Source: a virus | DNA: 64,000 nucleotides | Direction: 5' to 3' (one strand) | IMG/VR virus record: IMGVR_UViG_3300050034_000403 | Span: 25,229 to 89,228 of that record | Shown: positions 45,919 through 56,919 of the stretch, in pieces | Numbering within the stretch: the first letter of the stretch is position 1 | Layout of the letters: each line of letters starts with the position of its first letter | Position numbers and translations under genes: made by a program | The notes under the pieces: generated by a model | Told to the model about the DNA's origin: nothing | The model's database searches: none | What the model saw: only the letters and a program-made list of their open reading frames with translations

Positions 45919-47159
45919 GCCTCCTCTACCGCATCCTTATGCTCTTGGCAAACATAGATTCCGGGGGCGATCCGTTGAATCACGCCATCTCTATTCAAAG
46001 TCGACAACAGCGCGTACACATATTGTTTGGCATTTGCACGTTTTGCTGCTGGCAGCGCTTGGACAACCTCGGCATTGCTCCACTTGCGGCCAGGGTTTTC
46101 TTTAATCACCTTCAGCACATCCTCGCGATGGCACGCTGTTGGAGAGTTGAGGGAAGACCTGTGATATTGGCGCTTCTCTTCCCCCTCATGATGCTTATGC
46201 GCAGTGTGCGCAGGGGCCCGCAAGATGGATTCAACACTTGAGCTTTGTTCCGCCACCAGCGCACAGGCTGCAATCACTTCATCCAACTGGTGCAAATATT
46301 CGCGCTGCTGCTCACCTAAAAACTCTTCTTTGTCCAGTTTGTCTTGAAGGACGGCGAGCTGGGCTCTCAAATCAGTTTGTCGGGCGGTAGATTGGTCCAA
46401 CGTAAAAACGACGCTCGTCTTTGCCGTGCGCAATTGGTCCACCATCGAACGTAAATGACCATCGAAAGGCGTCGATTGCTCCAACCATTTGAGGCTCTGA
46501 GGTAACGCAGCAACAGATTGTGGCGTCTCTTCTTGGCCGGGGTGCTCTTCCACCACCTTTTCATTGGGATCTAAAACCAAAACCTCTGGAGTTTCTGGCG
46601 GCCGAATCGGTGTCACCGTGGCAACCAAGCTGAGTTTAGGTGCATCTACTTCAGCAGGTGCCTCGATCTCAGGAATAATAGGAATTTCGGCTACAGGTTC
46701 AGGTGCCGGGGCCTGTTGTGGCGGCGCTTCCGGCGCAACAGCAACAGGGGTTTCAACCTTCGTTTCTTCAACTTTTGGCTCTTCAATCTTTACTTCTTCG
46801 GCCTTTGGCTCTTCAATCTTTGGTTCTTCCACCTTGGGTTCTGGCAAAGGAGGTTCAGACTTTTCTACCAATTCCGGCGAAACAGGGTACACATGAACAG
46901 AAAATGCATTTTTTCTACTGGGCGGCGTCACATACCGAGGCGCGGAAGGCTCTTTTGTGAAAGGCGTACCGGCAATCGCCTGATATGGATTCTTGAAAAC
47001 AGTGGAAATAGGTTTCTTCTTTGGAGATCGTCTAGCAGACTTTATCGCAGATGCAATCAATACCTCTGTCTTTCGGTGGAGTTGATCGCTCGGGGATACT
47101 AGAACGGCTGCCAACTTGTCACGCATCAATGGATTTCTCATTCGTTTCCTCCAGGGCAT
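45915..47159 (-). CDS. Hypothetical protein (Pro/Glu low-complexity region, coiled coil, C-terminal winged HTH)
   Basis: EEPK repeats; C-terminal VY.LLSTL..DG.IQRIAPGIY. Confidence 0.6.
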   Translation of the reverse strand: MPWRKRMRNPLMRDKLAAVLVSPSDQLHRKTEVLIASAIKSARRSPKKKPISTVFKNPYQAIAGTPFTKEPSAPRYVTPPSRKNAFSVHVYPVSPELVEKSEPPLPEPKVEEPKIEEPKAEEVKIEEPKVEETKVETPVAVAPEAPPQQAPAPEPVAEIPIIPEIEAPAEVDAPKLSLVATVTPIRPPETPEVLVLDPNEKVVEEHPGQEETPQSVAALPQSLKWLEQSTPFDGHLRSMVDQLRTAKTSVVFTLDQSTARQTDLRAQLAVLQDKLDKEEFLGEQQREYLHQLDEVIAACALVAEQSSSVESILRAPAHTAHKHHEGEEKRQYHRSSLNSPTACHREDVLKVIKENPGRKWSNAEVVQALPAAKRANAKQYVYALLSTLNRDGVIQRIAPGIYVCQEHKDAVEEA

Positions 47160-47316
47160 TACAGGTCATTACTGCACAGTCCAAAAAGGGTTGTCGAAGA
47201 CACTCTATGATAAAGAGCCCCCTTTGTCCAACAAAAACCTACGCGCATCCTTTCAGTAAACAGTAAGCGGCCAACAGTTTCAACTGTCAGCTACTTACTG
47301 CTCACTGCGGGCGTGC

Positions 47317-48252
47317 TCACATCGTCGCTTCAAACTTCGGCTCGGACCACGCCTCAACGTACGCGGCGGTTTCCGGGTCCAGTTCACGCGTCAGGGTGCG
47401 CGAAAAAGTCATAAAGTCTTGCAGCGGAGTCAGCGTCACGATCAAAAAGGGATCAATTGCCAGCTGTTCCACGTAAAACATGGCTTCCGGCAGCTCGCGC
47501 TTGATCTCGATAGCCTTTTGCAGCGCAAACTCCGGCACCGGCTGGCGATAGTCCTTCAAAGGCGTAATCCGCCATGTCGGGTCGAACATCTTGCCAGAGG
47601 TGCTGTAGTGCTGAGCCATCTGCTTCTTGTACGCAGAAACGCCCTTTTCTTCGAGCACTTGAATTTCCAGCTTGGCCAGCACCCGCTTCAGCGTGCCAGG
47701 CGTACGCAGCTCCTGGCGCAGCGGGGTGTAGCCCAACAGCGCTTCCGCTTCACTCGCCAGCTTTTGCCGTGGATCGGTCAAGTCCAGATCCTGGACTTCC
47801 ACCGGTACCCGCTGCAACATATCCCGGCTCGGCTCATCCACCACTTCAAGCGCCGGAGTCATAGCATTTGCCGTATCACCCCCATTGAAACCGTATATGC
47901 CTTGGCCAACCGGGGTATAAGAACCGCTGCTATTGCTATACCAGTAGCTGTACGCACGCTGGAGTCCCGCATAGCTTACCGACGCACCGGTTCCTTGGCC
48001 ACTGCGTGAAAGGTCCGTATTCCATGGCCACTGAGCCGGAATTGCCGGGGCGTAGATCGCATTGTTCTGCCGCAGCGCTGCAAGCTCTGTCTGCAGGGTC
48101 GGCAGGGATGGCAGGGATCGAACGCCAGTCAGCCGATAGGCTTCTTCTTCCGTCGGCGCAACCATGATGTCTGTCGATGCACTAGAATGGCCCGTCAACC
48201 GATCGATGGTGCGCTGACGTGCTCCTGAAAATACAGTCGCAAAATTTGGCAT
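47317..48252 (-). CDS. Hypothetical protein
   Basis: MPNFATV start with GAGGAG RBS; C-terminal Y..PVPEFAL..A...DPFLIV...W.EP.F. Confidence 0.6.
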   Translation of the reverse strand: MPNFATVFSGARQRTIDRLTGHSSASTDIMVAPTEEEAYRLTGVRSLPSLPTLQTELAALRQNNAIYAPAIPAQWPWNTDLSRSGQGTGASVSYAGLQRAYSYWYSNSSGSYTPVGQGIYGFNGGDTANAMTPALEVVDEPSRDMLQRVPVEVQDLDLTDPRQKLASEAEALLGYTPLRQELRTPGTLKRVLAKLEIQVLEEKGVSAYKKQMAQHYSTSGKMFDPTWRITPLKDYRQPVPEFALQKAIEIKRELPEAMFYVEQLAIDPFLIVTLTPLQDFMTFSRTLTRELDPETAAYVEAWSEPKFEATM

Positions 48253-48739
48253 TATCTTCTCCTCGATGGAATTTGGTTTCCTGTGCGTTACTAAGGTGCC
48301 AATACTTCTGGTTTGGCACCAGCCATAAATCGATCCAAGAGTTTGTGCGCGCAAGCCTGCCCACACACATGCTCGGTTTCGTCTTCGTCGAGCCGGTGCT
48401 CCTGCACCGCCCTTTCCCACGTTTGCAAGTGGAAGCCGACGTGCGTCGACACAAGAACAAACCAATGGTTGGCGTCCTTGTGCTCAACCCCACAGCAGCT
48501 GCACGCGTAAACTTTTTTGAGCGTCATCCGTTACTTCCTCTTAGGTGGAACAAGCAGCGCACGAGCCAAAACAAGAGTTACCACCAACAGCAATAATTCC
48601 AATCCCATTCCCACCTAACTTCCCACTAGAGCATTTTTCCAATTGGTGTAGAGCGAAAGCAGGATGCCGAGTGGATTTTTCCTTAAGAAAAAGCCACCTT
48701 GCACGCCACTCAACACTGCACGTGTATTGGAAAAATGCT

Positions 48740-49582
48740 CTAACTCATTACATCGTTGTCAATCAATCTAGCCAGCCAATTAAGCCCTTTTCCTGTAACT
48801 AGCACCTGCGAATACAAGTGTTCAAATCCACCCTCAAAATAAGTCTTTTCCTTTACCACAAAATAGCCCAACTCGATGTAGCGCTGGTACGGCAGGTTAT
48901 CAGTAATGAAAATTTGTTTTAACCGCAAAAGGACAAACAGCCGGGTGCGTCCCGTCTGCAAAATCTTGGCGGCTTCCAGCATGGTGTGCAAACCATCGGC
49001 TGTGGCAATCCGGTCTGCAATTTGCGCTTTGGGAGCCATGATCGCCTTTTGCTTTTCAAGCGCTTCAATCTCCCGCTCGCGCTGTTGCCGCAGCTGGTAC
49101 TCGGCCGCGTACTGCCGATAGCGCTCTGCCAGCGCCAAAGCCGCAGTGCCCGGATCGGTCAAGTCAACCAACGCCGGACCGGCCAACTGTGTTTCCAACT
49201 CCTGCCACCGGTCAATGATCCTGGCGCGCAAATCCACCCGGTAGCCAGAGATCAACACCAGCGTCTCTCGCTTCGGCAACTGGATTTCAGCGATAGAACC
49301 CAGGTTATCCACGTAGACGTTAACCCCTTTGTTCTCAATAGCTCGTTTTTGAGCTATTGAATCTAAAGAGTTTGCAGCACCCTTTTCTTCAAAGCTCAAG
49401 GTCGAAGGATCGATTCCTGGCCGGGGATAAAGGTCGCACAACATCGCACGAATATCGCGCAGCACATTCCTGTGTTCTTTCCCAGTCAGCGCCGCAATCT
49501 CGCGGCTACTCATTCTCACTGGAACCTGCGGCGGAATTTGCGCATTGCGTGCGTCAGAAAACAAGCTTAAGGTTGTGCCCAC
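48740..49582 (-). CDS. Phage antirepressor (Rha N-terminal domain plus KilAC/ANT C-terminal domain)
   Basis: MSSREIAALTGKEHRNVLRDIR, GYRVDLRARIIDRWQELE, APKA...EAAKIL..GR.RLF..LR...PYQRYI..GYF.VKE...VTGKGL.WL. Confidence 0.9.
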   Translation of the reverse strand: MGTTLSLFSDARNAQIPPQVPVRMSSREIAALTGKEHRNVLRDIRAMLCDLYPRPGIDPSTLSFEEKGAANSLDSIAQKRAIENKGVNVYVDNLGSIAEIQLPKRETLVLISGYRVDLRARIIDRWQELETQLAGPALVDLTDPGTAALALAERYRQYAAEYQLRQQREREIEALEKQKAIMAPKAQIADRIATADGLHTMLEAAKILQTGRTRLFVLLRLKQIFITDNLPYQRYIELGYFVVKEKTYFEGGFEHLYSQVLVTGKGLNWLARLIDNDVMS

Positions 49583-49729
49583 GTATCACCTCCATCCAGA
49601 GATTGGAAAAGTGGGGAGATTGCTGTATAGAAGCAATCTCCCCCCCCTCAAAGCCGTCCCTGCGGATCAAACTGCAATCCGTTCCCTTCGGCAGCGGGAG
49701 ATGCAGAACGGCCAACTCGTGCGACGGCT

Positions 49730-50485
49730 TTAGCGAATCGCATCCAAATCTGCGTTCAACGCTGCCGCATCAAACCCAGAAGGAGCTTTGCCGGTCGTCA
49801 GCCAATCGGCGCCGATCAGCGCGTACGTCTCGTCGCAATACTTATCCCAAAATGCCTTGGTCATCTGCAGCGGGCCTCCCCAGGTAATGCAGGTGAAACT
49901 CCCGGCATCGTACTTTGGCACAAAGACGCAGTGGCCACCCCAACTTCCCGGTTCGGCATTTTCGCCCGTTTGGCTGGTCACATCCCATACCGTCTGGTTC
50001 TGCGCCGTCACCGGCAGGTTCAATCCGATGTACACGCCGCCAAACAAAAAAATGGCTTGCTGAATCTCGGTCAGGTTTTGGAAGTCGGCAGAGGCAAAGG
50101 CACCCAGGGCATGGCCACCCAAGCCGTACTTGCGCCACTTGGTCAGCACATCCAGTTCCACGCCGCCATTGTCCGTTGTGGAGTCTCCCGGCACATAGCC
50201 GTCCCAACTTTCGTAGGCGCTTTCAATCACCGAATCGGCAATCGTGATCATGCTGGTGGTGTTGGCAGACCACACCTGCACGGCATGGCCACAGCCGGCA
50301 ATCGTGCAATCACCCAACGTGTCGTTGAGCATCATGCCCCATTGCGCAGTGCCCTTGGTCCAGTCCGCGCTTGCGGGCGGTGTGGGCAACGCTGGAGTCA
50401 GATACTTGGCAAACTTCAGCGTGCGCGTATCTGTTTTGATCGCCTTGCGCCCAAGCCGTTTTCCAAACAACTCATGCTGTCTCAT
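49730..50485 (-). CDS. Papain-like (C1-related) cysteine peptidase
   Basis: NDTLGDCTIAG..HA (catalytic Cys), GGHCV (His), TWG...MT..FW.KYCDE. Confidence 0.7.
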   Translation of the reverse strand: MRQHELFGKRLGRKAIKTDTRTLKFAKYLTPALPTPPASADWTKGTAQWGMMLNDTLGDCTIAGCGHAVQVWSANTTSMITIADSVIESAYESWDGYVPGDSTTDNGGVELDVLTKWRKYGLGGHALGAFASADFQNLTEIQQAIFLFGGVYIGLNLPVTAQNQTVWDVTSQTGENAEPGSWGGHCVFVPKYDAGSFTCITWGGPLQMTKAFWDKYCDETYALIGADWLTTGKAPSGFDAAALNADLDAIR

Positions 50486-51279
50486 GCCGCTTCCTCGCTC
50501 GCGCTGCTTTCGCCGCAGCAAACCTTTAAAATCTCGCCCATTTCTTGGATGTGCGCCGCGAATAACGTGCGCAGCGCTTCCAGCTCTTCCACGCTGTGTG
50601 CTTCTGTGACTGCGCGCGTCAACCGTGGAATCGACTCGGCCATAAAGCCCACCAGCGTTGGCTTGTCGTGGTATTCGGCAAGCAGCAGCTCCAGCGCATA
50701 GCCGGGGTCGTCAATGCCGTGCTCGTGTTGCCATTCCTCAAGGCCGCTCTCGATGAACTCGCGTTGCGACTGTCTAACGCTCCATTTCACCGAGGTGCTT
50801 CTGTCTTTGGGCGACGTATTCTCGGCCAATGCCGCATACTTCCCCACTTCGCTTTGGAACTCTCGCGCCTGCATGGTGGCGGCTGCATTCAGCAAGGCAG
50901 GGTCAGCACGCATCGCAGAAGGGGCCTTGGCCAATTCCTCGGCGTTTTCAATCGTCATTGAAAGAAATTGCTCTTTGCTGAGCATCTGCAACTGCTCCGC
51001 CAAACCCACCATCATGTACCAGGTTGAGCGGCCAATGCCTTTGCTGGCGCGGTAGCTCTTTTCGTCGGGATAACCCAACCGTTCCCAGCCGTTGTAGCGC
51101 TTGATGAAGTAGCCCTCCCAGCCAATCAGCATTGACCGCTTGTTCAGCGCCACCCACGATTCGGTAATTGCTCGATCACTCTCGTGCAGCCGTTCATCAA
51201 GACTTTTCGCCGGAGCAATCCCACCTGTGTTCACGAGCATCAGAGCGTGCTCGTTCGCTTGAAACGCTTCTGTACCCAT
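50482..51279 (-). CDS. Hypothetical protein
   Basis: Helical protein coupled to the downstream gene (ATGA). Confidence 0.6.
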   Translation of the reverse strand: MGTEAFQANEHALMLVNTGGIAPAKSLDERLHESDRAITESWVALNKRSMLIGWEGYFIKRYNGWERLGYPDEKSYRASKGIGRSTWYMMVGLAEQLQMLSKEQFLSMTIENAEELAKAPSAMRADPALLNAAATMQAREFQSEVGKYAALAENTSPKDRSTSVKWSVRQSQREFIESGLEEWQHEHGIDDPGYALELLLAEYHDKPTLVGFMAESIPRLTRAVTEAHSVEELEALRTLFAAHIQEMGEILKVCCGESSASEEAA

Positions 51280-51499
51280 GCCGATTCTCCTCAATCCGTG
51301 TTTTCTTCCTGACCCGAATACTTGTCGAGCCAGGTGTTAAAGTGAACGGTCAACGTCTTGGCCTCATCGATCGTCAAGCCGTTGTCGCAAGAAAAACTCG
51401 TCCCATCCTTGCGCACCACCAGCACCAGCAACTTAGCAATCTGCGTGTCTTCTTCAATCAGGCGAGCGGCAATGGCCGCAGGTGTTTCCGGAAAAGTTG

Positions 51500-52840
51500 T
51501 CATCCCGCTTTCTCCTGTTTGTTGAACAACGGTGCGTCACCTTCAATGCGCCGTCGTGCCATCTCTGCATATTCCGCGTTCAGCTCAATACCGATAAAAT
51601 TGCGGCCATAGCGCAGTGCCACCACGCCCGTAGTTCCCGAGCCTGCAAACGGGTCCAGCACGGTATCGCCTTCTTTGCTTCCGGCCAGAACGCAAGGTTC
51701 CACCAGCTTTTCCGGATAAGTCGCAAAGTGTGCTTCGGGAAACGCCTGTGTGGCAATCGTCCACACGCTGCGCTTGTTGCGTGTTTCCACAAGATCTTTC
51801 ACGGCAGCGCTAAAACTCTCGTTCTGCTTGATGTGGCCTGCTTCGCGCCAGCCAGCGCCGCGACCAAATGCTGCACCGCGCGCACTGCGAACTTCGTCGG
51901 GGTCTGCTTGCGATCCTTTTTCACCCAATGGCCGCAGTTTCGGCTGGTATCCAACGAACCCATCTTCACGGCCTTCCTTGTGAAAAGATCCGTGGCCACC
52001 ATTTCCTGTGCTGGTATCCCATCCATCTGGTGTCTTCCATTTTGCTTTTGGATTCACGCCAGTACCACGCGAATGCGCATTGCCAGTAACAGGCTCGCTG
52101 ATTGCGGCCTGATCAAAGAAGTATCGCGGCGACTTCGTCAGCAAAAAAAGATACTCATGCGACTTTGTGCAACGATCATGCACACTTTCCGGCATTGGAT
52201 TTGGCTTTTCCCAGATAATGTCCTGACGCAAATACCAACCATCGGCACGCAATGCAAATGCCAGCATCCACGGCATGCCTACAAGATCTTTGGGCTTCAT
52301 TCCGCATGGAACAGAACGTGGTACTGCAACCAAATTCTCTGTTTTGGGAAGAGTGTGGTAACCCGAAGGTGAGCACGTTTGCAAAGTATTTTTAATCCCA
52401 ATTTTTGAACCGCCGATTGCCCCCGAAGCGTAGCAATCACCCATATTCATCCAGCACGTTCCGTCCTTGCGCAACACACGTCGTACTTCGCCAAACACCG
52501 CCACCATCTTGTCGACATATTCTTCAGGTGTCTTTTCCAAACCAATCTGTTGATCCACACGCACCGCACCACACTGCGCGCATACATCGCGATACTGAAT
52601 CTCGGTTACTTCGCCTTGCTTATGGCCGCCGCCACGGAACCGCTCACCCAACGCCGCCAGCCCCAAGCCAGTACGAATGGTATGAGCAACATGCTTGCAG
52701 TCAGGATCGCCGCCATCCCATGTCGCAGTGCCGTAATCCCGCAGTCCCCAGTAAGGTGGCGACGTGACGACACACTGCACACTCTCTGTCGCCAAAGTGC
52801 GGAGCACTTCCGTCACGTCACCTTCCAAGATTCGATACAC
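51500..52840 (-). CDS. DNA methyltransferase (N4-C/N6-A, beta class)
   Basis: VTSPPYWGLRDY, GWYLRQDIIWEKPNPMPES, HFATYPEKL, VLDPFAGSGTTG. Confidence 0.95.
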   Translation of the reverse strand: MYRILEGDVTEVLRTLATESVQCVVTSPPYWGLRDYGTATWDGGDPDCKHVAHTIRTGLGLAALGERFRGGGHKQGEVTEIQYRDVCAQCGAVRVDQQIGLEKTPEEYVDKMVAVFGEVRRVLRKDGTCWMNMGDCYASGAIGGSKIGIKNTLQTCSPSGYHTLPKTENLVAVPRSVPCGMKPKDLVGMPWMLAFALRADGWYLRQDIIWEKPNPMPESVHDRCTKSHEYLFLLTKSPRYFFDQAAISEPVTGNAHSRGTGVNPKAKWKTPDGWDTSTGNGGHGSFHKEGREDGFVGYQPKLRPLGEKGSQADPDEVRSARGAAFGRGAGWREAGHIKQNESFSAAVKDLVETRNKRSVWTIATQAFPEAHFATYPEKLVEPCVLAGSKEGDTVLDPFAGSGTTGVVALRYGRNFIGIELNAEYAEMARRRIEGDAPLFNKQEKAG

Positions 52841-53269
52841 GCTCGCCTCGCAGTTCTCTGTTTATGCTGCCGCTCGTTGCGTATTCTTCAACTTTGGATG
52901 GATTTTTTGCTGCTTCGAAATTCCCAACAGCAAGCGCCGCGATGCATCGTCGGCGCATCGGTCGAGCTGGTCCAAAAGGGGTGGCAACTTATCCGCCTGC
53001 TTGGTTGACAGCCCAAACCGATGCACGTATTTCAACTTGCGCATATTCATGGCAGCCTCAAGCCACTTTCCGTCTGCGCACCACCACAGACCGGTAAACA
53101 GCTTTCTTCGTTTTTTCCTCTGCATTCCAGCGCAGAACGTCAAGCGCGCAAATCCGCTGCAGCGCCCAAGTGCGATCCAGCAGATGCTCGTCGGCGGCTC
53201 TGGCCAATGCCCGCCGAAAAAGTACCAACTCAAACGGATTCATCGTCACGGTTACATCGGTTTTAGCCA

Positions 53270-55930
53270 TTAGTCATACCTCTCAATCGATGCATGAACA
53301 TTGGGATCAAACGGAATTGGTCCCCTCTCCAGCGGCACCAAAGCCAAGTTCCCGCCGCCGTGCTGAATGGTGAAGGAGATCGGCTCACGAGATTCAGCCG
53401 CCTTGGTTTCAAACTCGGCGCGACGGATCATCTTTTTCTCTCCAGCGTCTTCAATCGAGAAACCGATGGACCATTCCGTCCAGCCGTGAATCGAAGTTGC
53501 TCCGCGAATGCGCGTGAAGAAGCGACCGTTGCCAGCTTCCTTGCTCACGTGGTGAATCACGCCGATGGCACAACCGGCTTGCTGGCCCATCTGGCCAATC
53601 TTTTTCACCACCTGCGCCATCTCTGTGTTGTTGTTCTCGTCGCGGTTGTGCAGCCGGTTCAGCACGTCGAAGATGGCAAACTCCACGCCACGCTCTTTCA
53701 GGTCTTCGGCCATGTGCGTCAGCTGGTCGTCGTTGTCCACGTCAAAGTCGCCAAGCTGTTCGCGCGTGTTCACCCACAGCCAGCCTGTCGGGTCTTCCCC
53801 AGGGTCAATGCCTTTTCCGCGCAGCAACGCCTGCATGCGCACCTTGGTCAGCATCGGAGAATCCTCGCGGCTGATGTAGGCCGTGCGGATGCGGCGGGGA
53901 ATCTTGCACCCCAGCCACGGCTTGCCTGTGGCCAATGAAAGCAGCAGATCGAGCGATGCCAGGGATTTTCCAGTCTTCGGCTCGGCCGCAATCATGCCGT
54001 TGCCGCCTACCTGGATTACGCCATCCACCAGCCACTCGATTTCCGCATCGGCGGTCATGGACCATTCCACAGCGTCCACCAGCCAGTTCTCTCTCTTGGC
54101 ATCCGTTCCCACCCAGAGAGGCGATTCCACAATTCGCTTCTCCAGCTCGGCCACGGTGTGTTCTTTCAAAAAGTCGCTGACGTCGCTTTTCTCCGGCATC
54201 TCCGGGAAGGAGATCACGCGCACGGCATAGGCAAAGGGAGCAACGGAAGCCGCAACCGTCTCTGCGTAGATCTGGCCAGGCTCGTCGTGGTCGGCGAAGA
54301 TCATCACCTGCTTGCCGGTAAAGTACGGCGCGTAAGAGTCCAGCCACTTCGGCGAATGCCCCTTCTGCCATGCACCGTCGTAGGTCGTCGTCGTGGCAAT
54401 TGAAAAGGCATGCTTGGCGAAAAGATCGGCTTCCAGAAGATTGTCCGCATCCTTTTCGCCCTCGCATTGTCCACAAACCATTGACTTTCCGTTGCGGCGC
54501 ACTACGATAAAACCCGATGGAACAGTGCAGCAATAAACTTCCCCGGCATAAGGCTTCGATGTATACGCTTTGCCTTTTACGCCAATGCATTGCCGCCACA
54601 TTTTTGGCTGCAAATTGAGAATGTATTCTGTGTGACTGTTCTGTCTTTGTCTTTCCCGCACAGTCATCACACAAGAATGGCCAGTAATCGCACAGCATGC
54701 GCTGATGATCTGTGCATTATTTTCATCTGCCGTAAAATAGCGCAAGCCATTGCTTCCAATACCATCACCATCCCAATAGCGCAATTCGTCCAAAACCGCT
54801 GTACGCACCGAAACAGGCCAATTTAGCATCTCCCAGCTAAATTTTTTATCTGGAAGAAAACGCAGCATGCGAAGTTTTTGCCGATTTTCCAAGATGAACA
54901 ATGTCCATCCTGGCGTAGATTTAAACTCCATTTCTCGCCACGACAATTTGCACGCCATCAACAATGAACGCAGATGCTTTTTCTTGCGCTCCTTTTTCAA
55001 ATTCCAGGTCAGTTGATAACCACGCGGATAGATTCCGTCCGCCTGAATACTTACCAGTAGCCGCGCTTCGGCAATCGTCGGCACATCAGCGTTTTCACCT
55101 GTTGAAATGCCCGAAGTGGGCAATTGCCAACAAGAACGAACATCGTCGGCAGCAACCACCACAGGATCGCTGTAACTTTTTTGGTCCTTTTTTCGGCGTA
55201 TCAGCGTGCGATGTTCTGGAGTCACCAAAAGATCGCACCAACGTCCGTGAAAGTTAACTAAGTTTCCGTCAAAATCAAATTTCTGCACAGCGCTTGGATG
55301 TACCCACTGAATCGATTCATCTTCACGCGTATATTGCGCAATCGTATGCTGAACCGTTAATTGCGGAAGCGGAATCCAGCCAGACGGTGTAAGCACTTCG
55401 GTATCCGGCGCATAGCAGAAAAAAACGATATTTGCCTTCACCAGATGCGGCAGGTTGTAGAGCACGCGCCGCGTCCGTTCGCCTTCCTTGGCGTCGATGC
55501 CCGGCTTCCATGCACCATCCACCAGCCGGAAAACGCGGAAGGTCTTTTCGCCAATCTCTGGCTGGTAACGCCGCTTCTGGAACAGTGCCAATCCGTTCTC
55601 GTCGCGATAGTCGTAGATCGCCACGGGGGGTCCGAGCTGCATCTCACCCTCACGGCGTGCCACCGGCGCGGCTCCGGTAATTTCAGCCACGTTGGTTTCG
55701 GCTTGCTCCAGCGAGCAGTGAGAGAACCGCGCTTCGAACTGGAAGACGTTGCCCTTGGCGCCGCAGGCGTGGCAGTTGAAGCCGCCGTTCCCGTCCAGGA
55801 AGAGCGTGCAGGATGGAGTCGCTTCGTCGTGGAAGGCGCAACGCACGGCAGCCTTCTCACGCGCCGGAATGTGCTGCCCTGGGTGGCGGTGTTCGAAGTA
55901 GTGCCGAATTTGGTCGAAGCTAAGCTGCAT
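53270..55930 (-). CDS. Primase-helicase (CHC2 zinc finger, TOPRIM, AAA_25/RepA-like helicase) interrupted by an intein
   Basis: CAFH.E..PS...FNCHACG; CEGEKDAD; FADHDEPG; Walker A AEPKTGKS; Walker B IFDVL; IHH..K; RGATS. Confidence 0.9.
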   Translation of the reverse strand: MQLSFDQIRHYFEHRHPGQHIPAREKAAVRCAFHDEATPSCTLFLDGNGGFNCHACGAKGNVFQFEARFSHCSLEQAETNVAEITGAAPVARREGEMQLGPPVAIYDYRDENGLALFQKRRYQPEIGEKTFRVFRLVDGAWKPGIDAKEGERTRRVLYNLPHLVKANIVFFCYAPDTEVLTPSGWIPLPQLTVQHTIAQYTREDESIQWVHPSAVQKFDFDGNLVNFHGRWCDLLVTPEHRTLIRRKKDQKSYSDPVVVAADDVRSCWQLPTSGISTGENADVPTIAEARLLVSIQADGIYPRGYQLTWNLKKERKKKHLRSLLMACKLSWREMEFKSTPGWTLFILENRQKLRMLRFLPDKKFSWEMLNWPVSVRTAVLDELRYWDGDGIGSNGLRYFTADENNAQIISACCAITGHSCVMTVRERQRQNSHTEYILNLQPKMWRQCIGVKGKAYTSKPYAGEVYCCTVPSGFIVVRRNGKSMVCGQCEGEKDADNLLEADLFAKHAFSIATTTTYDGAWQKGHSPKWLDSYAPYFTGKQVMIFADHDEPGQIYAETVAASVAPFAYAVRVISFPEMPEKSDVSDFLKEHTVAELEKRIVESPLWVGTDAKRENWLVDAVEWSMTADAEIEWLVDGVIQVGGNGMIAAEPKTGKSLASLDLLLSLATGKPWLGCKIPRRIRTAYISREDSPMLTKVRMQALLRGKGIDPGEDPTGWLWVNTREQLGDFDVDNDDQLTHMAEDLKERGVEFAIFDVLNRLHNRDENNNTEMAQVVKKIGQMGQQAGCAIGVIHHVSKEAGNGRFFTRIRGATSIHGWTEWSIGFSIEDAGEKKMIRRAEFETKAAESREPISFTIQHGGGNLALVPLERGPIPFDPNVHASIERYD
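54467..55417 (-). mobile_element. Intein (317 aa) with LAGLIDADG-like endonuclease, C-terminal Gly-Gln
   Basis: Block A CYAPDTEVLTPSGW, block B VTPEHR, block F/G VYCCTVPSGFIVVRRNGKSMVCGQ|C; removing it restores VFF-CEGEKD. Confidence 0.9.
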
Positions 55931-56780
55931 ACGTGCCTTCGTAGGCCTTCATGCCTTTTTTCAAGCCCCACATCGAAGATGTTTTCCAAATGCCTTCGCC
56001 AAAAAACTTTTGCGCACTCATCGGAGAAGCGCGTAGCTTGCCAGCTTTGGCACAGGCAATGTACGTATGCCAAGCCCGGATCATTCCGTCGCGAATTCCA
56101 TCAAGATCGTCAGGATGATCTTTCAACTCGCATTCAGCCTGTTGCGCAATTTGATCTACAGCCCAAGGGGTGGTGATTTTAGTTCCTTCAATCACCGCTC
56201 GCGCAATCATCCAGGATTGATCGGAAATCGGAAGGGGATTTTTTAAAGAAGCGTTCGCCGCAGGCGACAAAAAAGCATTTTGTCCGCTGCGCGGGGCGCT
56301 TTTCTTTTTTTCCCCCTCGTCACTAAGCAGCGGACTTGGTGACGATAAAGATATAGGTAAAGGTAAAGGTAACGGGCATGAGCCAAGCATTGCTTGTGCA
56401 TTACTCTGAGTATTGCTTGGAGTAATGCTTAAAGCATCGTTCCAACGCGCTTTTGCGGCTTTTGACGCCTTATCTTGCGCTTTTGCCCGTTTTCGCATCC
56501 ATTTTTCTCTTTCTAGGTCACTGCGTTTTTGATGAAGTAATCCATCTTTTTCGAGTGCGAAGAATTGCATAAGCAATGCTTGGTTTATGCTCCAAGCATC
56601 CATTGAGAGCTTGGCGATGTTCGCCAGTTGCATGGGATCATTCGGCAATGGTCCCTTTCGCCAGTAGTGCATCAGCAGCAGCAAATACGCTCCGTGCTGG
56701 GTTGTGTCCAGGTGGGACGTATCTGCGAGGTAATCGCCGATTGACAGCGGCATCCAAATGTCGACCTTGGAATCCATCAA
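55920..56780 (-). CDS. DUF1376 (YdaU-like) replication initiator protein
   Basis: WMPLSIGDYLADTSHL...HGAYLLLLMHYW..GPLP.D...LA.I. Confidence 0.85.
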   Translation of the reverse strand: MMDSKVDIWMPLSIGDYLADTSHLDTTQHGAYLLLLMHYWRKGPLPNDPMQLANIAKLSMDAWSINQALLMQFFALEKDGLLHQKRSDLEREKWMRKRAKAQDKASKAAKARWNDALSITPSNTQSNAQAMLGSCPLPLPLPISLSSPSPLLSDEGEKKKSAPRSGQNAFLSPAANASLKNPLPISDQSWMIARAVIEGTKITTPWAVDQIAQQAECELKDHPDDLDGIRDGMIRAWHTYIACAKAGKLRASPMSAQKFFGEGIWKTSSMWGLKKGMKAYEGTYAA

Positions 56781-56919
56781 GTTTCATCTGCCTCGCATTG
56801 CGTCAATCTGCATCATCTTTTCCTGCGTTTCTTGAAAAAATGCGCAAAGAATCCCCGGCCGCTCAAGAAAGCAGAGTGGCAAAGTCGCATCGATTCAATG
56901 CAATTTTTAGGTGTGGGAG

